Of a stretch of DNA of 64,000 nucleotides, positions 44,917 through 60,086 are shown piece by piece. The notes below the pieces were generated by a model. That model did no database searches. It had not been told where the DNA came from and saw nothing but the letters and a program-made list of their open reading frames with translations. The stretch is taken from NCBI RefSeq assembly GCF_009914755.1, contig NC_060935.1, one strand, 5' to 3'. Positions within the stretch are counted from its first letter, which is position 1, and every line of letters starts with the position of its first letter. The translations under genes were made by a program, and so were the position numbers. Source of the DNA: the human T2T-CHM13v2.0 reference genome, Homo sapiens.

Positions 44917-44996
44917 TTAGGTTGGTGCAAAAGTAATTGTGGTTTTTGCCATTACTCTTAATTGTGAAAACTGCACTTACTTTTGCACCAACCTAA
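44917..44996. mobile_element. MADE1 (Hsmar1-derived 80-bp MITE)
   Basis: TA|ttaggttggtgcaaaagtaa...ttacttttgcaccaacctaa|TA: 80 bp, perfect outer 20-bp inverted repeats, TA TSD. Confidence 0.97.
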
Positions 44997-45034
44997 TACC
45001 ATGATGGTGCCTACTGATAGAATCACCCACTCAT

Positions 45035-45920
<886 letters not shown>

Positions 45921-47111
45921 GAACCAATAGCAAAATTTGTAAGTACTTTCTGTGTGCCAGTCACTCTATTTAACTTCTCTTCTTCCATTCAAAACAGTTT
46001 TTCTCTTAGAGACTAATGGTCAAATGGAAGGAGTTTAATTCTTAACCAGTCTATAACTTTTTCAGCTAGCCTTCCCGCTAGGCAAATACCTAGAATGAGT
46101 TGGGCTCTTTGCCAAACTTTTTTTTTTTTCCTTTCATTGTAGACAAGACTGTGGTTCAGAGGTTGGGAAAGGTTTTGTGAACCTATTTTATAGTCCCTAT
46201 AAACTCAGAAGGGAAACAATGAAATACCAAAGCTAAGGTATAGAACAGGTTTTCTTACAAGAGAAATTACGACCTCATGGAGCTGTAGGAAGGGTTCTGC
46301 GGGAAAAGGTATTTACAGCATTTCATACAATGCCCGGTCCCTAGAAAGTCTGCAGTAAATTCAAGGTCTGTCCCCAGTAGGGGACAGATGGATCATGAGT
46401 CAAATTCACAAGGCAAATGAATTTTCTTTTGAGAAGGAATTCAGTGGGAGATCTAGGGGTATAGTTTTACAAAACATTCATACTTGGAAGGTTCTTAGTG
46501 GACCTCTGGGGTGGCAGCCTGCTCAGTAAGCAGGAGAGTAATCTGAGAGCCACAGTCAGGAAGTGATTTGGCCAAAGTCAATGTGGTGACAGATGTAGGG
46601 GCTCAGCCCCAAGCTTCTGTTCTGTTCCGGTGTTCTCTCCTCTGCCCTGCAGCGCGTCCTACAACATGAGGGCTGCATGACCGGGGCCAGTGGGAAAACT
46701 TTGGGTGAAGGAAGTGGAGTGAGATCAGAGTCCCCAACTGTTGGCTTAAGTCGCAGTCTGCCTAGGGGCTGCCAATGATGAGCACCTACAAGTTTCCTCT
46801 CCAATCCCTTCCTTCTCCCCAATTACACTTCCCCCTCCTCACCCCAGCCACCTGTCCCTCTCCCTCATTATCACCCTGTGGTAGACACAGTCAAGGATGT
46901 CCTTGGAGCTGGACTCCCATTGGAAAAAGCCAAAGAGTAGCACTGAAACATTTTTTTCATTCCCCATCCATCTTAATAGAGATAATAGTGCAGCTGCAAA
47001 AATAAACATTTGAACTCTCTCTGTGCCCCTACAGCACCCTTAATAAAATATAGATCCTCAAAGCCCATCATGTTCTTTTAAATCTCCTTTAATTTTCTGT
47101 TTAAAAGACCA

Positions 47112-47750
<639 letters not shown>

Positions 47751-48569
47751 GACCTAATTGCCACATGGATTTGCTTCTTTGGGTTTTTTTCCTGTTTTCC
47801 TCTAAATAACCAGATTTATGATCATGACCAAATAGGCACGATAGCCTCACTTCATACTGTTCCCTGAAATACGTGTCGAGCATTGCCATCTGCTGCTACT
47901 CCTTATGGCCTTGGAGACAATGACACAGAAATTTTTGTGGCTGTTGTTCTTAGCCAGGGATGTGTGGGATGGGGTTTTATGGGGTAATCTAGGTTTTGCT
48001 ATTTAGAAAGCTACATCTAGGGTCAAGTTTCAAGATTTTCACCAAAATTGTCAACTTTCACCATTGCACAGCATTCCTATACAGGCAGCCTGAGTACAGA
48101 TTTTTCTGACTTTGTGGACAATAATTTCCTTCTCTTCTTCCCTATAATATGTCCTCACAGTTTACTATTTCTTTTTTTCTTTCATGGCATATCTCATGGA
48201 TTGCGGTTAAATGTATTTGTTTTTTATTTGACTGCTTGGTACCCCCACATACACCCAATTATAAGCTCCACGAGGGGGTAGAGAGAGACATCTTCTCTTT
48301 GACATACCACTGTTTCCCCAGCACAATGCCTGGCACACAAAAGTCAATATCCAGCTGATATTTTAAAGAGAACAATCACTGCAAATATAGGAGGAGCGAC
48401 TATAGTGTGGAATTTGGTAAATGACTGTATCTCAATTGGACCAAACCCAAAAGTATTAGAAGGAGCTGAAGGACTGTGGGATAACCTGTGAATGGCCCTG
48501 GCCCACTAAGTGTCTTAGTGTCATCTGTTGGCATAGTGACCTGGAGGTGTTCACTCCTCTAATGCCGTG

Positions 48570-48770
48570 TCACGGAAATCAAACAGGATTTGGCTCCAGT
48601 CTGTCGCTTGGCAGTTGTATGACTACGAGAAAATCATCTAAATTCTCTGAGCCCCGGTTTCTTTTTCATAACATGGGGATAATAACGCGTGTTAGAACAG
48701 TTCTTAGAATTAAATGAGATGAAATGTGTAGGCAGTAAAGCTTATAAAGTTTAATTATCGTTATTGTTGG
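48570..48770. mobile_element. MIR
   Basis: tctctgagccccggtttc...atggggataataac...gaattaaatgagatg. Confidence 0.75.
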
Positions 48771-49342
48771 GAGTAACTTCGACCTCTTATGTCCTTTACT
48801 GGAAATGCTGCCATTTTGGAGTTGATATAGCCGATTGGCACCCTTCCAGGAAAGACATCCCTGATGTTGGACTGAGGGTGGAAAGTCTGGATTTGTGAGT
48901 TGAGGCTGAAGATGCTGGCACCCACATGGTCGTGTTCCTTAGCTGTCTTTAAGGTTTTGTTAACAATCAGCTGGTTTCAGATTTAGAATGGGAAGGGCAT
49001 AAGCATGGATAACAGATTGGATACTGTTCCTGCTGAATGAAATCTTTTGTTTAGAGATTAAGGAATATGTGTGCTTTTACATGTGAGTACTCACAAATGT
49101 GGAGTCCAGACAATCTCAACAATTAACCAACAAAAGGTAACAGAAACTGCAGCTCTATAAGATAAAATATTTGAAGCTGAAAGGCAGCTCATTCTGTTTT
49201 TGTAATATAATTGGAGCACGGTATCACCACTTCACTGGAAACAGTAGGGAGGGAGGGATCCACAATCTGGGTAAATGCAAAGAGTGAGGTCCTGCTTCCC
49301 TGGACCCAGTGGAAATAGAGATTCTGCATAAGAACATGAATA

Positions 49343-49698
<356 letters not shown>

Positions 49699-49879
49699 TT
49701 AGGTCCTAATTCCCAGAAAAGAATAGAGGAAGTGGAAAAGGAATGGGGGAGATGCAGAGGCACACTGACTACCTTTCAAAGCTCTTTATTGATACTTTTC
49801 TAGGATCAGTTGTTATTAATGGTTTGAGAGTTCTCCAGAGGATAGTCTTTCTTTTCCACTAATGTCCCCACACCCGCTT

Positions 49880-50312
49880 ACTAAGCTTCAAACATAGTAA
49901 CCACCTTTCAGCCCCTCCAGCACACCCAGCCTCTCCCTCTGGTCTCTGCACTTGATGCGTCCCCCTTCCACTCCCCAACCCCTTCGTCTGGAACACCTGG
50001 CTTTCTCCTTCTGATGGCTGGTTGGTGCCCTCTCATCTTTCATGTCTTCCTTTAAATGTCACTTCCTGGGAATGGCCTTTCCCTACCACACTATTTAAAG
50101 TAAGTGCTTCCTGTGTGACTCTCTTTCACAGCACCCTGTTTATTTCTGTCATCACTTTCCCCGTAACATCCATAATGATTTTGCTTGTTTGTCTCCTCCA
50201 TGTAAAGAGCTCTGTCAGGACTGGGGCATTTCCTTTTCCTCCGCCTTATATTCTCAGTGTCCAGTCTAGTATCTGGCAAAGGTTTTGCATTGACTATTTG
50301 TTGAATGTTGTT
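49880..50312. mobile_element. L2 fragment
   Basis: tttaaatgtcacttcctgggaatggcctttccctaccac...tatttgttgaatg. Confidence 0.75.
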
Positions 50313-50660
50313 CATTTTCTACCCCAAAGCTGCCTAGTTTCCTATAATTCTCGTTGAAAATAATAAACTCCCTAGTATTAACTGCTGTACTTCAAAATCT
50401 TTGCTAAAGACTCTCCTTCCCACTGCCTGTTGCAGATCACACCCAGTAAAATTCCACACCAGGCAATGTGATGTGTGTCACATCTTTTAATGTGTCCCAT
50501 ACACACAGATCCTCTTTTAAACCTTTATGTTTTCCTTCTTGTTCATTCATCCAGGAGAGCTTTCCTTCCTCCCTCCCTCCCTTCCCTTTCTCTCTTTGTT
50601 CTGTTACTAGCAAGCAAGAAGAAAGCAACTGAATTGAGTATAATACTGATTCCCAAATTA

Positions 50661-51062
<402 letters not shown>

Positions 51063-51269
51063 TCAGGGGATCAGTGAGTCCCTGGAAATTCTGTGTAAAA
51101 TATTGTTTGTGTATCTTTTTTCTTATGGAGAGACGGGCCCCTAAGTGGGTCTGTGACCAAATAAAACCATTGAACTAAAGTCCTTGGAAGTACTACACAG
51201 TCCCCAGGAGACTGCATGGAATAATCAGTTCCATTTTGTCCTCCTATGCTTGGTTGATCCAGGACCACA

Positions 51270-52720
51270 TCAGCAGTGATTTAGGCACTGGGAGGATATG
51301 GCTCAGAACAAAGGCAAACAGTACACCTGTGCTCGAGGAGCTCCCTGTGTTGAGGGAAAGACAGACTGTTGAAAGACAATGTGTTGACTGGTTGATGCCA
51401 TGAAGAAAATCATATGGTGGAATGTAATTGGGCCAGAGTCTAAGAGGAAATCCCTGAGGAGGTGCCATTCCAACCAACATCTGACCCGTGAGAAGTGGGC
51501 CGCCAGTGGGAGACATGGGGAGGAGCATTCCAGAAAGGAGGCACAGTGCGAGGGCCTAGGAAGTGGGAAGAAGCTTGGTGCATTTGTGGGTCCTGTCTTT
51601 GGACGTAATGAAGAGGAGAAGCCAGATCACATCAGGGCTTCTAGGCCAAGGGAACAAATTTGAATTTTATTCTAAGTTCCCTGGGAAGCTATCAGTGGGC
51701 TTTAAGCAGGAATGTGACAGAATCTGCTGTACACTGGAGAAAGATTGCTGCCCCTGGGGTGTGCAGGATGGAGCCTAGCAAGGCATGAGGGAAGGCTGAG
51801 CGACCCGGGAGGTGTCTGTTGCAGGAAAGAGATGATGGCATCTTGGTCCAAGGTTATCTTATTGCAGATGTTCAGTAGTGATTGGGTTCAAGGTATATTT
51901 GGGGACTCTAGGCAAAAGGCCTTCTTAATGGATTACATCGGAGGCAAGAAGGAGGGAGAGAATTAGGACTGTTAATGTAGAGTCATATTCTGAGATACAG
52001 AAGACTTTGGGAGTGGGGGTGCGGACACATTGGAAGTTGGGAGCAATAGTTTTGAGTAAGGTAAATTTGATTTCAGATGTGTTGGGTACACAAAGGGGCC
52101 AGGCTAGAGATTACAGACTTTAGAGTTGTCTGCCTTCACCTAGTATTTGAAGCCATGGATGAGATCACCCAGGAAAAGAAGTTAGTTAGAAGTGGTAGTT
52201 ATAACTTAGTTAGAAGTTAGTGAGAAGTTATAGTTAGAGAAGAGGAGGGGTCCAGGGATGGAGGCCCTGGAGTTCTGGAGAGGTGAAGAGGAGGGTGAGC
52301 CTAGGAGATTGAGAAGCGCAGTTAGGGAGGTAGGAACCAGGTACAGATGACAGTATGGAAACCCGGGATGAGGCCCACTCAAGAAGGGAGAATCTGTCGA
52401 TGCTACCTGCTGCTGAAAACTCAAGTAGGGTAAGGACAGAGAGTTGACCATTGGCTTTGGCAAGGAGGAAGCCATTGATGTTCTCAGGGAAAAGAGAAAG
52501 TGGTCTCAGTGGAGTAGTGGGAACAAACATCTTGCCTGGTGGGTTGAAGGATCACGGAACATGAGAAGTACAGGAAAACACCTCAAAGGAGTGGAGGAGA
52601 ATATGGGCATGAGGTAAAAAAAAAAAAAAGTTTTTGTTTGATTTGATGAGATTAGTGATATATTTTTCAGCCTGCAGGGAAAAGCCAGGAAAGAGGGTTG
52701 AATATGTTGGAAGAAAAGGA
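51270..52720. mobile_element. Long degenerate L2
   Basis: Purine-rich L2 signatures: ggaggagcattccagaaagg, tttgaattttattctaag, gtatttgaagccatggatgagatcacc, gaccattggctttggcaagg. Confidence 0.8.
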
Positions 52721-53379
52721 ACGAAGTGTCTTCACTAGCATTGTTTTCATAAAATACTCATTAGAAATAAGTGAACATCTTTTTAGATTTGTGGTTTTCT
52801 GTTTTGTCTAATTATGTACTGTATTCCAAGAATAAAGTTTTCTTCTACTCTTTGATACCTGAGTAGAGTTCATCAACTACATCTTGGTTTTATAGATGGC
52901 TCTGTGAGTAACCTGGAAACCTTAACATCACTGATAACATTGTTTCTGTGGAGAAAAGTGTTATGAGTTCTGGGAGCCCTTTGGAATTTGGCCTGTTTAG
53001 AAGCAAGCGTCAAAAATGACAGAGCAATCCTGGCTCTTGAAAAGCGCCAAAGGGCATCTGCCCTCATGGAGTTGGTTTACTTTCCCTTTTCCTCTCTCGT
53101 TGCCTGGGTCTCCCTTATCCCTACTAATTATTATCTTTCAAACCATGAGAAAACCCTGACTCAATTAGAACCTGTAGCTGCAAATAATTCAGAGCCTCTA
53201 ACATGAAAGGTGTGATTCTTTTAACCATAGAAAGAAAACTAAGACCTCCTTAAAGCACTATGTCTCCTACAATAAACTCACCCCTGTAAAAATCATGTGT
53301 AATCAAAACGATATGTTTAGTGTTGTACATTTACATGAACTTTTATAAAAAGAAGAAACTCCATCTATTAAACCTCCAA

Positions 53380-53965
53380 TGTATCCTCTCTCCCTCAGAG
53401 TAAAAGACAAGCTGCTTACGCTGACTTGCAGGGCCCCATTTAGGCACTCTCCTCTCTCGCTGTACCCTTGGACTCTCTGGCCTGACCCCCTCCTCACCCC
53501 ACTTTGGTTCACCGCTCACTGCTCCAGCCACTCATTCTTGGAATGCATTGCAAGTCGTATACTATCTCAGGGCCTTTGCACTGACCATTTCCTCTCTTGA
53601 AAGTCCCTTATCCCCAGGTATTCAGATACCCAGCTCCCATACTTCTTTTAGATTTGTAATAAAAACCATGCCCTCAGCAGACCTGCCATAGCCAGCCCAT
53701 GTAAAATTTCCCACACCCCACCTTGACAAATCACATCTTCTTCTTTACAATACGTTGTTCTCCCGAGCATTTATTGCTAATGTACTGTAAAATTTACATT
53801 TTGTCTCATTTATTTTATAGTTCTACCACTGAAGCTAAGTTCCATTAGAGTTGAGATTTTTGGTCTATTTTGTTGACTGCTTGTATCTTCTGCACTTAGA
53901 ACAGCACTTGCCACATTGCAGATGCTTTATAAATATGGTAGTTGATGAATGAATAAATGAATACA
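53380..53965. mobile_element. L2 3' part
   Basis: ctcagggcctttgcactg...gcacttagaacagcacttgccaca...tgaatgaataaatgaat. Confidence 0.85.
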
Positions 53966-54849
53966 TCAACATTTCCTAGCTTACCTTGATGACAAATCAG
54001 AATGTTTACCTATTATGTTTGCCTAGAGCGAGGAAACAATGGAAACTTTTTAGAGCGTGTGTGTGCATCTGTGCCCATGTGCCTGTGTGTCTCCATACAC
54101 ACAATCACCATCCCATTCCCAAGTTAACTCGGATGTTGGACAGATTCTCAAAGAAGTAATATCGTAAAGATACAGTCAGTTCCAGGGACAGCATAGAAGG
54201 TAAGGGGTGGTTTGAAGCATCCTTGTCAGCCAGAACTTGGGTCTGTCCCAACTTTTTTGTCTTAATATATCTGGACACTACTCCTTCCCTCAAACTCACC
54301 CACTGCCCACCCCCACCTCTGCTTCCCACTCCCCACGGCAGATGCCTCAGCAGTATTTCAAGTGGACGAGGGCCCTGAAGGATGAGATGTGAATGATTAA
54401 CTTTGGTTGGGACTCCTTCGAGATTACAATCTTTTTTTCATTCACCTGGGAATCACCACCAGACCCTCCTCTCCTCTTTGAGCAGATCTTTTATTCCCTC
54501 CCTTTTCAGTGGGAGAGGAATGGCTCTTCATTCCCCTTTGAAAGCTTCTGTTTGCTGAGCAAATGCTGACCACACAGAGACCTCGCTTGGAGCCAGTTAC
54601 TGCTTCCTTCCCTAACCATCCCCCAGGGCCACAACCCCCGCTCCCTGCTTCCACTGGAGAGGCCACCCTGGCCAGGGGGAGAGCCTTTCTTGGGGAAAGT
54701 CTTTGAAAGCTACCAGGAACCAACTGGTAGGATTTTTGGAGAGGGAGTCAGGGTTTTGGAGAACATCTTAATCCTTCGTTTTCAAATAAAGCTTGTGGCT
54801 ATAACATAAGTTTGCTTTTGAGTTCTCAGTAGTAATACAGTTGTTCATT

Positions 54850-55727
54850 GTTCATAGCATCTGTTTACATAGTTCTTTCTGAGTGCCTTGATTACAGGTT
54901 TTAATAGGGATTAGTCCATGCAACCCCTTCCCATCCCAGAGCTGGGACTCTCTCCCACCCACCTCCCCTTCCAGCCTCTGTACCATAATGTTTAATGTAG
55001 CCATGCCTAGACTGAGATTCTTTTTCTTTTGAAATAAGTAGCCTGCGGAATTAATGCATATTTTTGTTGGCACTGCATCAAAATTGACATCACCGGAAAT
55101 AATGTATGTGTGTCGTTGTTAACTGTACAAACAGGTATCATTTCCTTTTTAGGTTCAGAAATTCTCTCTGTAGGCTAATCTTTTCAATCGAATGCTTTGC
55201 CTTCAGACGTCAATGGAATGAGCTAAGAAATGTTATAGTCAATGATTTTTGCATCATTAAAAGTAGCACTTAGGGCTGGAAAGACTTTCTGCAATGTTTC
55301 TGTGCAGTCTGTGAGGATTTAAAGTAGTTTTTCATTCTTAGATTTTCTTCAATTTGACCCGCTGTTGCAAACTCCCCTGGGACCACATGGAGGGCCCTTC
55401 CATTCAGTGCTTTACGGTAATGGTTTCAGAGTTTGGTGTTAGCTTTTGCTTTGCTGAAACTTTTCACAGCTGACTTGATACCAGCACTGAGGCCTGACCT
55501 CTCGATCCTTCAGCACTTCAGAGGTTAATTTTGTTGGGGGATCGGATTTCTTTCCTGGCCTGGGGAATGGTGATCCCTGCTAGCTAGTCCTTTAGTTACA
55601 GAGTTGCTGGGTGCCTGGGATTCCCTGGCCCAGTGTGGGCTGGCTCAGCTGGCTAAAGGACTTGCCATCCTGTGAGATTCATTCAGCTTCTTTGTCCGCT
55701 GTTCTCCAAGGGCCGCAATGTAGTGAA
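54850..55727 (+). promoter_or_regulatory. NAV2: Putative internal NAV2 promoter / 5' UTR
   Basis: Repeat-free stretch upstream of the MLWPRNLT ATG, with a CRE-like GACGTCA (55206-55212) and a C/EBP-ATF-like TTGCATCA (55249-55256). TSS position cannot be read from sequence. Confidence 0.55.
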
Positions 55728-55753
55728 ATGCTCTGGCCTAGGAACCTTACAAG
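55728..55753 (+). CDS. NAV2: Coding part of an alternative first exon of a short NAV2 isoform (MLWPRNLT + AG)
   Basis: gaaATG CTC TGG CCT AGG AAC CTT ACA AG|gtagga: phase-2 donor ending in AG, exactly like the 16885 donor, so it joins the next exon in frame. It lies in a repeat-free block. I recall a short NAV2 isoform with this N-terminus (not verifiable here). Confidence 0.75.
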
Positions 55754-56318
55754 GTAGGACGATTTTCTAAAATTTCTGGGGCCAGGGGGTGGGTGTGGTG
55801 CATGTACTGCCTTGTCTTCCTTGGCCGGTATTGAAAAGCCTGGTGGAGCAGCCTGTGGTGCAGCTGCCTAAATCACTGTGAGCTATGTGGTGGTGTGTGA
55901 GTGGGGGTGGGAGGGGGCGGGGGGCAAGGTTGCTGGTCAGGAAATTCACCTCTTCTCCTCTTCCGCCCCCATTGATTCTAACCTTGATGGTTTCAGAGGA
56001 AACTGGGGCATTACCCGAATGTCCTGGGTCCACCTAGACATTTGGGTAATGTCAATATTTTCCAAACCGTCTTATCAAATTAGGCTACTGAGCCCGAAAA
56101 TCTGGGTATTGATCACCTAGCTGTCTTAAGTCGTTATTCCGGACTTTTCAGCTGGTGGGGGCAGTACAGAGGGGTGAGCCGGAAAAAGGCAGTGTGGCCC
56201 CAGGCAAGGGCTGCTTGTGGTTCAGAGGGCCCTGATTAAAAAGACTTGCAGTTGGAGGTTTTGTTTGGAATTTAAGGATCCTGGTGAACTTGTGGTTGTG
56301 TTTATACAGCAAATTGCT

Positions 56319-56320
<2 letters not shown>

Positions 56321-56354
<34 letters not shown>
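56321..56354 (+). repeat. (GT)17 microsatellite
   Basis: Uninterrupted GT run. Confidence 0.98.
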
Positions 56355-56357
<3 letters not shown>

Positions 56358-56489
56358 CTAGGCTCCAGGAGAGATGGCATGGGAGGTTTAAGCATAAGGA
56401 CTTTTCTTGCTACCTTATGACCTATAGAGCTGCCCAGGGAAGCACATTTCTGTTTTTAAGCCAGACAAGGGGAGAAGAAAACAATGTTC

Positions 56490-56682
56490 ATGACCACCTA
56501 CCACATGCCAAGCATCTAGCAGACATTGTGTCATTCAATTTCATTGCAAAGCCAGGGAGATTACATTCAATTTTGAAAATCACCAGTGGGAACCAAGAGA
56601 GGTTAAATAACTTGATTAAGGTTACACAGCTGATAAGAGGCAAAGCTGGGATTGGAACCCAGGTTCACTCTACCACCATGCC
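56490..56682. mobile_element. MIR
   Basis: agagaggttaaataacttgattaaggttacacagct...gggattggaacccagg. Confidence 0.8.
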
Positions 56683-57684
56683 TTCCTGGGTGGGCTTGGC
56701 ATCTGAGCTCGGAATGGTTTTACCTGTTAATTTTAAATGTGACTTCAGCTGGATGAAGGGCGTACTTTGTTGTGGAGGACTCACCGAAATACACAGGATG
56801 CTAGCAGCACAGCCTGCCTGGGCTTCTCGGATTCAGCTTGTTTCTGGAAGGAAGAGGGCTGTGTATTAAGAAGCAGCCCTGCTTTGGCAGTAGGACCTAG
56901 CTGGGAGTTCTGTGATCTTGAGGCTCCGGGGCTGCTGGATTGATCAGGCTGGAGCTTTAGTTTGTACCTGGTTCAGGAAGACTTGATCCCAAGTGAAGGT
57001 CAAATCAGGAAAGGCCAGTGACCTTGGAGCTGGCCTTGGGCTGCTGAGGCTGTGCCCTGGAACTCTGGGTCTGCTTCTTAAGACGCTGAATGTATGGAGT
57101 CTTGGAGGGAGAAGATCTACACCCAGCATATTAATGCTGACCAAAGCTATTGGCGCTAGCTGTTCACATGTGTGCTGGAGGTGCCTAATTAGCTAAAGCT
57201 GAGCTTCTCTTGGGCTGTAGAAATCTTGACCTGAGGTCCCTTCGCTTTCCTCTTACCCCAAGAAAGAGAGAGCTTAAGGGCAAGTCCTTGACAAACTGCA
57301 AAATGAGGCCAGCCTGTTTTTGGGAGATAGCCGCCTCCCTTGGCTGCCCTGGGGCAACTGTGGTTCTGTTTTGTGCATTCAGGTTCCCACATCCCTAAGA
57401 TATATTGGGAGCTTAGTGGAGGGTTGGAGGGAGGGAGACTATGGGGGTATTGAACTCCTGTCCCATTCTACTTAGTTTTAAGACAGCTGGCCAATGCCCT
57501 GTCTGGGATTTGTCCCCCATCCCCTTTCCTTTAATTTATTTGAGATGTTTTAAAAGTAACTTGATTGCATTAAAGTGTCCTGTGTATTTTGAATAACAGT
57601 TGGAAGTTCTGAGTTCTTATATGACCATGATCTATTTAGATGCATCTTTACCTCTGTTCTTAACATTGAGTCAATGTGATTTTA

Positions 57685-57890
57685 AAAAGCTTGGGTTTCA
57701 GAATCAGGCAGATCTGTATTCAAATCCAGCTCTGTTTGTTAGCCCTGGCACCTTGGGCAGGTCACATAGCCTCTCTAAGCTTCAGTTTCCACATCTATCC
57801 AAAGGGGGCATTAGTAGTTTGTGCCTGATAAGAAAGTGGAGAGGTGTTTATGGGATGGTGCTTAGCATGGTACCTGGAACCTATTATTAA
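57685..57890. mobile_element. MIR
   Basis: ttcaaatccagctctg...ccttgggcaggtcacatagcctctctaagcttcagtttcc. Confidence 0.85.
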
Positions 57891-58911
57891 AACTTTTCAC
57901 CTTGTATAAATGTTTACTGTTATTTTCATTTGCTATAATATGCTGAACTCTGTTGATGTTTAGGGGAAATATATCTTCTGGTAAACAGAAAACTAGGATG
58001 AGTTTGTTGATATCCTTGGCAAAAGCCAGCCAGCAGTGGCCCAAGGGTAAGCAGCCCTCTCCAGAGGAGCCTTGAAGGAGAGAGGGCTTTGTGTAGCTGA
58101 GGTCAGCAGACACGCTGGTGCCTAGTGTAACAATGAGGGTCTAAGGCATCCGGAGCTTTGGTCTGGGCTTTCTAACGCGACCAAGCTCCTGAAGCCAAAG
58201 GGAAAAATTTCATGCTTACTCAGGGGACCACCTACTTGTCAAGGAATGAGTTACCAAAATGGGACAAAGGTGCGGTGGGGTGAAACTCAAGCCTGATGGC
58301 TGCTAAATCCCCTTGGAGCCTTTTTTATGCGGTTTGTGTTTTCCTCTCTCCACCTCAAATCACTGGCCTTGCACCTGGCACCGTCTGTAGACGTTGCTTC
58401 TCCCCTAGGACACTATCCATTTATGGCAGTAAGAAGCAAGTTCTTACACTAGAACTTAATCATCTGTTTGAGAATGTAGGCCTGCATCTCCTTCCTGCAG
58501 TCCTTGCAGCTTCCCTGGATCCTGTACTGCAACTGACATGCATGGACTCTCTCCCATATACATGGAGAGCTGTACTTAGGCTACCTGATTTGGTCCCACC
58601 AAAATGATTATGCTAACTGGATGTTATTAGAACAGTGCCACCCAGGAGGTAAAGGTGCCCTGATAAGGAGATGGCAGAGCCAGAATTCAAACACAGACCT
58701 ATTTTCATTTTTTCTGCAGAGCTGTGGTCTCTCCATTTGGAGCCTCCTGGTATTAGTGGTACTAGATGAGACTAAATTTGCTGGGGTTAGTGACTACATT
58801 CTGTCCTTGCATTAATTCCAGTTTAGGCTCTGGATCATCTTGCACCAGAACTGCAAACTATGTAAGCTGGTCCCAGAGCTGTAGTCCAGAGACAGGTGGC
58901 TTGCTTATAGT

Positions 58912-59228
<317 letters not shown>

Positions 59229-59359
59229 AGCTTGCTTATAGTTTTAATTAAAGTAACTGTATCTTCTTTGGTGTGGGAAACTTTGAAGTCCTTCAAAGTC
59301 TAATGAACACATGACGAGCGTTCATTAAAATGTGTAAAATGAATAGATAAATGCGATGG

Positions 59360-59665
59360 TTGAACACTCATGTGTCTGTGTTTAAATCTCAGCCTCAACA
59401 TTTCTTAGTTGTATGACCCGTGGGACTATTTCTCCAATCCTCAATTGCCTCATCTGTAAAATGGGTATAGTGTTAATGTTTATCTAACAGTAACTGGGAG
59501 AACATATGTTACATAACAACAGAGCCTGACACATAGCAAACCATTAATAAGTGTTGGTGATTATTTTTATCAGAGTTTGGAGGATTAACTGAAATAATGT
59601 ATGTAGTGCAGTTAGCACAGGGGCTGACAACTGTAAATGTCGATTAAAGTTGGCTATTATTATGC
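59360..59665. mobile_element. Tandem MIR fragments
   Basis: cctcatctgtaaaatggg...agagcctgacacatag; aggattaactgaaataatgtatgt...ctattatt. Confidence 0.75.
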
Positions 59666-59879
59666 TTTCCACATAGACTACAAAAGGTAGGACTCTGCAG
59701 GAGCCCTGCTTCATTCTTTGAAGGTGGATTTTCTTAACAGGCCCCAGCAATAGTTAGAGGAGATGATGCTCCCGAGAAAACCTCCTGGGGAGGAAATAGT
59801 TAACATACCTGTTTGGTGGGAAATGTAGGTAGCCAAACCCTTTCTCTTCCCCAGGGGTTACTACTAAGCCTACAGTTAG

Positions 59880-60086
59880 GCTTGCTCACTCATCCACACC
59901 AAAGGATCTCGTTCCGCTCGGGCCCCGGGGTTTCACGGGAACAATTGCCTTGAACAATAGCCAGAAAACGAGTTCCACCAGTCTGGACTTTTTTGCAACT
60001 GAATGCAGCTGTCTGGCGGGGGGCATGGGCCAGCCCTGTAAATGGGCTGTGCCTTGATTCTGGAGCAGAACTGGAAAATTGAGCAG
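59880..60086 (+). promoter_or_regulatory. Candidate second alternative first exon
   Basis: Local CpG cluster (ctcgttccgctcgggccccggggtttcacggg, ~59908-59940), a perfect CAG|GTAAGT donor at 60086/87, and a downstream GC box (ggggcgggg ~60156-60164). Confidence 0.45.
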
